A stretch of 64,000 bases of DNA, taken from assembly GCA_963792415.1 (NCBI GenBank), contig CAWBVY010000001.1:160001-224000 (forward strand). Reading direction: 5' to 3'. This document shows, piece by piece, positions 57,840 through 64,000 of this stretch (positions are counted from its first letter, which is position 1; each line of letters begins with the position of its first letter). The DNA is from Candidatus Deferrimicrobiaceae bacterium (GTDB lineage: Bacteria > Desulfobacterota > Deferrimicrobia > Deferrimicrobiales > Deferrimicrobiaceae). The notes beneath the pieces were generated by a model. That model made no database searches and had not been told where the DNA came from. It saw nothing but the letters and a program-made list of their open reading frames with translations. Made by a program: the position numbers and the translations under genes.

Positions 57840-58302
57840 CTTCGATGATCCAGATCACCCTCGGAAGGTCCTCTCCCTTGTCGACGAGCGCCACCGTGGC
57901 GACATCGGATTCGACGTCCTCGACCGCGACGTCGAACGAGCTCGGATGAAACGGCGATCGGTCCGTCCGGGCAGGATAGAACAGGAGCGCCAGCATCGCA
58001 ACGGCGACGGCCGCCGGGATCCACATCCACCGCGCGATCCACGAGGAGCGCCGCCGCGCCTCCCGGCCCTCCCCGATCCCGGCGCGCACCCGCGTCCACA
58101 TCGCGTCGAGAGCGGGAGCCTTCTCCATCGCCCGGATCCCGGTCAATGCGCGCAGCAAGGGTCCCGTCGCGGAGAGCGCCGCATCCTCCGCGGCGCACGC
58201 GGGGCACCCGGCCAGGTGGCCGGCAAGCTCCGCCGCCTCCTCCCGCGGGAGGAGACCGTCGGCCTTCGCAAGGATCTTTCCCAGAGCCGTCCCGCAATCC
58301 AT
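57826..58302 (-). CDS. zinc-finger (HxxxCxxC) transmembrane anti-sigma factor
   Basis: HLAGCPAC, single TM; follows ECF sigma. Confidence 0.88.
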   Translation of the reverse strand: MDCGTALGKILAKADGLLPREEAAELAGHLAGCPACAAEDAALSATGPLLRALTGIRAMEKAPALDAMWTRVRAGIGEGREARRRSSWIARWMWIPAAVAVAMLALLFYPARTDRSPFHPSSFDVAVEDVESDVATVALVDKGEDLPRVIWIIEDAKS

Positions 58303-58310
58303 CGTCGTCC

Positions 58311-58901
58311 CTACCCTTCCCTGTGCGACTTCAGGGACTCTTTCAGTTTACCGCGCGCGTAGTGCAGCCGCGACATCACCGTTCCCACCGAACACCCGAG
58401 GACCTTGGCGATCTCGTCGTACGCCATGCCGTCGACCTCCCGAAGGACGATCACCGCCCGGTGATACTCCGGGAGGGCGTCGACGGCGCGCTGCAGGGCG
58501 TCCCCCAGTTCCCGGTCCCGGGCCAGGTCCTCAGGGGTCCGCGGGTACGCGAAGCTGTCCGGCGGCGACGCATCCTCGGAAAGCCAGCTCTCGTCAAAGG
58601 GCACCTCCGCCGACCGCGCCGACTTCCGCCACCGGTCGATCGCCTGGTTCACCAGGAGGCGGTAGAACCAGGTGTAGAAGTTCGAGCCGAACCGGAACTC
58701 CTTCAACTTGTAGTACGCCTTGATGAAGGAGTCCTGGACGACGTCGAGCGCGTCGTCCCCGTCGCCCACGATCCCGACCGCCACGGCGAACGCCCGGCCC
58801 TTGTACCGTTCCACGAGCTCGCCGAACGCCGCGTCGTCACCCGCGAGGGTCGTCCGGATCAGCGCGTCGTCCGGAACCCCGCCCTTCTCTCGCTCACTCA
58901 T
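58311..58901 (-). CDS. ECF RNA polymerase sigma factor (RpoE-like)
   Basis: DVVQDSFIKAY, FYTWFYR, YDEIA..LGCSVGTVMSRLHYAR. Confidence 0.93.
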   Translation of the reverse strand: MSEREKGGVPDDALIRTTLAGDDAAFGELVERYKGRAFAVAVGIVGDGDDALDVVQDSFIKAYYKLKEFRFGSNFYTWFYRLLVNQAIDRWRKSARSAEVPFDESWLSEDASPPDSFAYPRTPEDLARDRELGDALQRAVDALPEYHRAVIVLREVDGMAYDEIAKVLGCSVGTVMSRLHYARGKLKESLKSHREG

Positions 58902-58947
58902 GGGACGGTTGCGCCCGGCGGAGTATTCACCGTGTCGAACAGAAAAA

Positions 58948-61521
58948 TCAGTGGATTTCCCCCCAGTTCTTCCCCCGGCTCACCGAGACGGTCAGCGGAA
59001 CCGACAGCTTCGCCGCACCCTCCATCGCCTGCTGCAGGATTCGCTCGGCCCCTGCGGCCTCCGGCGAAGGCGCCTCGACGATCAATTCGTCGTGAACCTG
59101 GAGGATCAGCCGCGCTTCCATCCCGGCCTCGCGGAACTCCCGGTCGACCCGGATCATCGCCATCTTGATCAGGTCGGCGGCGCTCCCCTGGATCGGCGTG
59201 TTGATCGCCATCCGTTCCGCGGCCTCCCGAAGCACCTTGTTCCGTGAATCGATGTCCTTGAGGATGCGGCGCCGCCCCATTATAGTAAAAACATGTCCAT
59301 CTTTTCGGGCAGTTGTCTTCAATCCCTCAATGTATTCCTTCACGCCAGGGTACCGGTCGAAATAGTGGTCGATGTACGTCTTCGCCTCCTTCCCGCCGAT
59401 CCCAAGCTCGCGCGACAGGCCGAAGGGACTCATGCCGTAGAGGATGCCGAAGTTGATCGCCTTCGCCCGGCGTCGCAATTCCGGGGTGACGCCGGACGGG
59501 TCGACGCCGAAGACGGCGGCCGCCGTCGCGGCATGGATGTCGTCCCCCTGCCGGAACCGGCGGATCAGCTCCGCGTCCCCGGACAGGTGCGCGAGCAGGC
59601 GCAGTTCCACCTGGGAGTAGTCCGCCCCGACGAAGAGGTTTCCCTCCTCCGCGACGAACCCGGCCCGGATCCGGCGGCCGAGTTCCGTGCGGATCGGGAT
59701 GTTCTGCAGGTTCGGGTCGGAGGAGGAGAGCCGCCCGGTGGCCGTCTGCGTCTGGTGGAGCGTCGTGTGGATCCGCCCGTCCCGCGGGTCGATCTTCCCC
59801 GGCAGGACATCGACGTAGGTGGAGCGGATCTTCGCGACGGTTCGATATTCGAGCACCAGGGACGGGATCTCGTGGAGGTCTTTCAGCCGCTCAAGGACTT
59901 CCACGTCCGTGGAGTAGCCCGTCTTCGTCTTCTTGACGGGGGGAAGCCCCAGCTTTTCGAAGAGGAGGAACGCCAGCTGCTTCGGGGAATTGATGTTGAA
60001 ATCGGTCCCCGCGACCGCCGCGACCTTCCGCTCGATGGCCGAGATGTCCCGGGCAAGTCCCTCGGAAAGTTCCGCGAAGATCCCGGGATCGATCCGGATC
60101 CCCTTCTCCTCGATCCGGTGGAGGACGGGAAGGAGCGGCATGTCGATCCTCCGGAACACGTCGAGCAGGGCCGCCTCCGCGAGCCGCTCCTCGAGCGCCT
60201 TCCCGAGGGCGAGCGTCGCGGCCGCCCGCTCGGCCGCCCGTGCCGAAGGGGACTCCCCTTCCGGGGCGGCGAGGGACCCCGGGAGGAACCGCGCCCGCAG
60301 CTTCCCGAAGGAGGGGGTCCCCTCCTCGGGCTCCAGCAGGTATCCCGCCACCTGCGTGTCGAAGAGCCGGGGGTCTTCCCCCGTCCCCGCCCCCGCGTCC
60401 CGGCGGTAGAGCGCTTTCCCGTCATGGAGGTAGATGGTGGCCCCGCGGGCGGAGAGGGCCCGGGCGGCGCGCGCCGAAGCGTCCGCCGGGAGAAGGTGGA
60501 CACCCTTCCCCTCGAAGGCGACCCCGACTACCGTCTCCCGGTCCCCGTCGTACGCCAGCCCCGCGGAGTCCAGCTTGCCGGGGCCCAGCGCGTGGAGGAG
60601 CCCCTCGACCGAATCCGCGCGTTTCCACGCCACGCCCTTCGGGGCATCCCCTTCTCTTTCCGGAGGCGTTTCCTTGCCGAGATCGAGCTCCTCGAGAAGT
60701 TTCCGGAAACCGAGCCGCCGGAAAAGAGGCGCGACCCGCGAGGCGTCGATCCCGCGGGGGGTGAACCCGGACCAATCCTCCCGGATCGGGAGGTCCCGGT
60801 CGATCGTGACCAGGCGCAACGCGAGACGCGCGGCGTCGGCGCCCTTCTCGATCTTCCCCCTCCGCGCCCCTTTCAACCGCTCGGGGTGGGCGAGCACCGC
60901 GTCGAGGGAACCGAACTCCCGGATCAGTTCGGATGCCGTCTTCTCCCCGATCCCGGGAACGCCGGGGACGTTGTCCGACGGGTCCCCCGCCAGCGCGAGG
61001 AGGTCGGCCACCTTCCCGGGCGGAACGCCGAAGACCTCCTCGACCTGCGCCTCCCCCACGGTGTGCTCCTTCAACCCGTCCCGAACCTTCACGCGCTTTG
61101 ATACGAGCTGGTACATGTCCTTGTCGGAGGAGACGATGACGACGTCCATCCCCCGCTCCTCCGCGAGGCGCGACAAGGTGCCGATGATGTCGTCCGCCTC
61201 GGCGCCGGCAACTTCGATGCGACGCACCCCGAGGGCGTCGATCATCTCGTCGACCACGGGGATCTGCGCGGCGAGGTCCTCGGGGGTCTTCAGGCGGTTC
61301 GCCTTGTATTCGGGGTAGATCGCGTGGCGAGGGGTCGGTTCGCGCGAGTCGAAGACGGCGACGACCGCGGCGGGGCGCTCCTCCCGCAGGATCTTCAGGA
61401 GAATGCGGGCCACCCCGAGGACGACGTTGGTCGGAGTGCCGTCCGGCGCGGTGAGGCGCGGGACGCCGAAGAAGGTCCGGTAGAGGACGTTATGCCCGTC
61501 GATCAGATAGAGGGACGCCAT
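58948..61521 (-). CDS. polA: DNA polymerase I
   Basis: LIDGH 5'-exo, TGRLSSSDPNLQNIP, DYSQVELR, KAINFG, QVHDEL. Confidence 0.97.
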   Translation of the reverse strand: MASLYLIDGHNVLYRTFFGVPRLTAPDGTPTNVVLGVARILLKILREERPAAVVAVFDSREPTPRHAIYPEYKANRLKTPEDLAAQIPVVDEMIDALGVRRIEVAGAEADDIIGTLSRLAEERGMDVVIVSSDKDMYQLVSKRVKVRDGLKEHTVGEAQVEEVFGVPPGKVADLLALAGDPSDNVPGVPGIGEKTASELIREFGSLDAVLAHPERLKGARRGKIEKGADAARLALRLVTIDRDLPIREDWSGFTPRGIDASRVAPLFRRLGFRKLLEELDLGKETPPEREGDAPKGVAWKRADSVEGLLHALGPGKLDSAGLAYDGDRETVVGVAFEGKGVHLLPADASARAARALSARGATIYLHDGKALYRRDAGAGTGEDPRLFDTQVAGYLLEPEEGTPSFGKLRARFLPGSLAAPEGESPSARAAERAAATLALGKALEERLAEAALLDVFRRIDMPLLPVLHRIEEKGIRIDPGIFAELSEGLARDISAIERKVAAVAGTDFNINSPKQLAFLLFEKLGLPPVKKTKTGYSTDVEVLERLKDLHEIPSLVLEYRTVAKIRSTYVDVLPGKIDPRDGRIHTTLHQTQTATGRLSSSDPNLQNIPIRTELGRRIRAGFVAEEGNLFVGADYSQVELRLLAHLSGDAELIRRFRQGDDIHAATAAAVFGVDPSGVTPELRRRAKAINFGILYGMSPFGLSRELGIGGKEAKTYIDHYFDRYPGVKEYIEGLKTTARKDGHVFTIMGRRRILKDIDSRNKVLREAAERMAINTPIQGSAADLIKMAMIRVDREFREAGMEARLILQVHDELIVEAPSPEAAGAERILQQAMEGAAKLSVPLTVSVSRGKNWGEIH

Positions 61522-61975
61522 CGGACCCCTGCCGTTGCTCCACGACGAGCGTCTCGGCGAAGGTGTCGCCCGCCCGTTGCCCGTCGGGGTCGTAGAATCC
61601 GAGGTACGTCTCGATCAGCAGGATCGCGATCCCGACGGTGTAGGCGAGGAACGGGCCGATCACGGGGAAGAGGTAAAGGAGGAAGGGCGCGGCGACGGGG
61701 AGGTTGCGCATCATCGACGCCGTGAAATCCATCCCGTCCCGGTCGATCCGGACCACCTTGAGGTCGGTGAGCCCCTTCCCGAGGCTGCGCCCGCCGGGGA
61801 AGCCGTCGCACATCAGGATGTAGAAGAGGGCGGCGAACACCCCCGCGGCGCCGGGGATGTGCCAGAGGGACATCGCCACGATCAGGTCGGCCGCCTTCCC
61901 GACGAGCCGCGCCAGGTACCGCGCCCGCCGGGCATCCCGGAAGAACTCCCGCTGCTCTTCCCAGGGCAGCGACAC
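61490..61975 (-). CDS. RDD family membrane protein
   Basis: RL....D, G.SLGK...LKVV, RN, QRAGD..A.T.VV. Confidence 0.8.
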   Translation of the reverse strand: MSLPWEEQREFFRDARRARYLARLVGKAADLIVAMSLWHIPGAAGVFAALFYILMCDGFPGGRSLGKGLTDLKVVRIDRDGMDFTASMMRNLPVAAPFLLYLFPVIGPFLAYTVGIAILLIETYLGFYDPDGQRAGDTFAETLVVEQRQGSDGVPLSDRRA

Positions 61976-61978
61976 CGG

Positions 61979-62185
61979 TCAGACCCCCTGCGGGAGCGCG
62001 TCCCGGGTGAAAAACAGGAACGCCATCGCGGGACGCCGGTTCCCGGGCTGCGTGACGAAGTGGACGGACTCGAACCGCAACCCGTCCCCCGTGGCCGCGT
62101 TCAACGCCTCCTCGATCGTCCGGTCGCAGACGTCCGTCAGTTCGACCACACGCCAGGGGGCCTTTCCGGTCGCCGGATCGGACAC
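61979..62185 (-). CDS. small conserved hypothetical (DUF4177-like)
   Basis: VVEL..V.D..IE.ALN....G..FESVHF...RRPAMAFLFFTR. Confidence 0.65.
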   Translation of the reverse strand: MSDPATGKAPWRVVELTDVCDRTIEEALNAATGDGLRFESVHFVTQPGNRRPAMAFLFFTRDALPQGV

Positions 62186-62189
62186 GGCG

Positions 62190-63164
62190 TCAGCCCGCGA
62201 GGGCGCGGGCCGCTTCCTTGGCGGCGTAGGTGATGATCAGGTCGGCGCCGGCCCGCTTGATCGAAACGAGAATCTCCATCGTGACGCGGTCCCCGTCGAT
62301 CCACCCGAGTTTCGCCGCCGCCTTCACCATCGCGTACTCCCCGCTGACGTTGTACGCCGCGACCGGCAGGTTGAAGGACTGACGGACGCGGTGGATGATG
62401 TCCAGGTACGCAAGGGCGGGCTTGACCATCACGATGTCGGCTCCCTCCGCCACGTCGAGGGCGACTTCCCGCAGCGCTTCCCGCGCGTTCGGCGGGTCCA
62501 TCTGGTAGGAGCGCCGGTCCCCGAAGCTGGGGGCGCTTTCCGCGGCGTCCCGGAACGGGCCGTAGAATCCCCCGGCGTACTTCGCCGCGTACGACATGAT
62601 GGGGATCTGCGAAAACCCGCCGCGATCCAGCGCCTTCCGGATCGCCCCGACGCGTCCGTCCATCATGTCCGAGGGGGCGACGATGTCCGCCCCCGCCTTC
62701 GCGTGGGAAACGGCGCTCTTCGCGAGGATCTCGAGCGTCGCGTCGTTGTCGACCTCGGTCCCCTTCAGGATCCCGCAGTGGCCGTGGTCGGTGTACTCGC
62801 AGAAGCAGACGTCGGTGACCACCATGAGGCCCGGGACCGCGTCCTTGATCGCCCGGACCGCGGTCTGGATGATCCCCCGGTCCGAATAGGCGTCCTTCCC
62901 GAGAGGGTCCTTCTTCGCCGGGAGGCCGAACAGCAGGACCGCGGGGATCCCGAGCGCGGCGACTTCCCGCGCCTCCTTCGCGAGGTTCTCGACGGAGAGC
63001 TGGAAGACCCCCGGCATCGAGGAGACTTCCTTGCGGATCCCCTTCCCGGCGGCGGCGAAGAGCGGGTAGATCAGGTCGTCCACGGAGAGCTTCGTCTCGC
63101 GGACCATCCGGCGCAGCGTCTCGTTCCGCCGCAGGCGGCGGGGCCGGTATTCGGGGAATTGCAT
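62190..63164 (-). CDS. hemB: porphobilinogen synthase
   Basis: [44 protein letters not shown]. Confidence 0.97.
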   Translation of the reverse strand: MQFPEYRPRRLRRNETLRRMVRETKLSVDDLIYPLFAAAGKGIRKEVSSMPGVFQLSVENLAKEAREVAALGIPAVLLFGLPAKKDPLGKDAYSDRGIIQTAVRAIKDAVPGLMVVTDVCFCEYTDHGHCGILKGTEVDNDATLEILAKSAVSHAKAGADIVAPSDMMDGRVGAIRKALDRGGFSQIPIMSYAAKYAGGFYGPFRDAAESAPSFGDRRSYQMDPPNAREALREVALDVAEGADIVMVKPALAYLDIIHRVRQSFNLPVAAYNVSGEYAMVKAAAKLGWIDGDRVTMEILVSIKRAGADLIITYAAKEAARALAG

Positions 63165-63195
63165 CGGATCCCTCCCAGTGAGGCGCGGCCGCCGG

Positions 63196-63984
63196 TTACC
63201 CCGGCTCGGCCGATCGGTGGGCGGCGTAGAACGCCTTGATGGCGTCCACCATCCCTTTCAGCGTATACGTTTCGGGCACGATGTCCACCCGGAAATCCCT
63301 CCGTTCCACGGCCCGCGCGGTCGTTTCGCCGATCACCGCGATGCGCGTCCGGGAGAGCATGCTCCTCGCCGTCGCGGTCCCGAGGAGAAGGAAGAGGTTC
63401 CGGAACGCGGAGGGCGAGGCGAAGGTGCAGACGTCGGGCGGGCGGGACACGATCTCCCCGGCCACCGCCTCGTCCTTCTCCGCGAGGCCGTTCCGGTAGG
63501 CGACGACGCTCACCACCTCTCCGCCCTCCTGTGCGATCAAGGCGGAAAGGATCTCCCTGCCCTCCTCGGCGCGCGGGAGGAGGAACCGCTTCCCCCGGAT
63601 CCCCTCGGGAGGGAGCGCCTCGAAGAGTCCCTCGGCGATATGTTTTTCCGCCGTCCGGTCCACGATGACGGACCTCGCCGCGAGCTCCTTCGTCGTCCCC
63701 GGCCCCACGCTGGCCACGCGAAGGGTCCCCGGCCAGGAGCCGATCCCGAGACGGGACGCCCGCTCGCAGAAGAACCGGGCCGCGTTGGCGCTCGCGAAGA
63801 GGATCCAGTCGAAGGAGGAGAGGCGCCCGATCTCCCGGTCGAGGGGGCCGCAATCCTCGGGGAGCGTCAGCCGGATCGTGGGAAAGAGGATCGGTATGCC
63901 GCCCGCGCGACGGACCAGTGCGGCCAGTTCGCCGGCCTGCTCCGCGCTGCGTGTGACGAGGATCCGTTTTCCCAGGAGCGTCAT
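63196..63984 (-). CDS. hemD: uroporphyrinogen-III synthase
   Basis: [33 protein letters not shown]. Confidence 0.9.
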   Translation of the reverse strand: MTLLGKRILVTRSAEQAGELAALVRRAGGIPILFPTIRLTLPEDCGPLDREIGRLSSFDWILFASANAARFFCERASRLGIGSWPGTLRVASVGPGTTKELAARSVIVDRTAEKHIAEGLFEALPPEGIRGKRFLLPRAEEGREILSALIAQEGGEVVSVVAYRNGLAEKDEAVAGEIVSRPPDVCTFASPSAFRNLFLLLGTATARSMLSRTRIAVIGETTARAVERRDFRVDIVPETYTLKGMVDAIKAFYAAHRSAEPG

Positions 63985-64000
63985 CGCTTCACGAACCGGA

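Overview
High-GC bacterial chromosomal segment. Gene order and content suggest a Desulfobacterota/Deferrimicrobium-like deltaproteobacterium (inference). Housekeeping blocks: arg operon (argBDFGH, then lysA start), hslVU-xerC-trmFO, type IV pilus pilB-pilT-pilC-pilS, aroE, selA, radical SAM-rng, tRNA-Thr(CGT), ubiE/menG, cysK, ECF sigma/anti-sigma, polA, hemB-hemD. Accessory content: (1) a decayed ~4.7 kb island at tRNA-Thr with an integrase pseudogene, a 45-bp att duplicate and, in and beside it, three paralogous small 'ERR...R.NN' proteins; (2) an 11-kb cyclic-nucleotide signalling cluster: sigma54-type promoter, CHASE2 class III cyclase, FecR-TPR-beta-barrel receptor and Cys-rich secreted protein, plus MscS-cNMP, a class II phosphodiesterase and an FAD oxidoreductase-cNMP fusion; (3) an ATPase-RsbW kinase fusion coupled to a STAS protein; (4) two copies of a ~163-bp palindromic MITE/REP-like element; (5) a frameshifted CCA/poly(A) polymerase-family gene. 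No CRISPR array or rRNA seen. All family calls come from motif recognition by eye, with no database searches.
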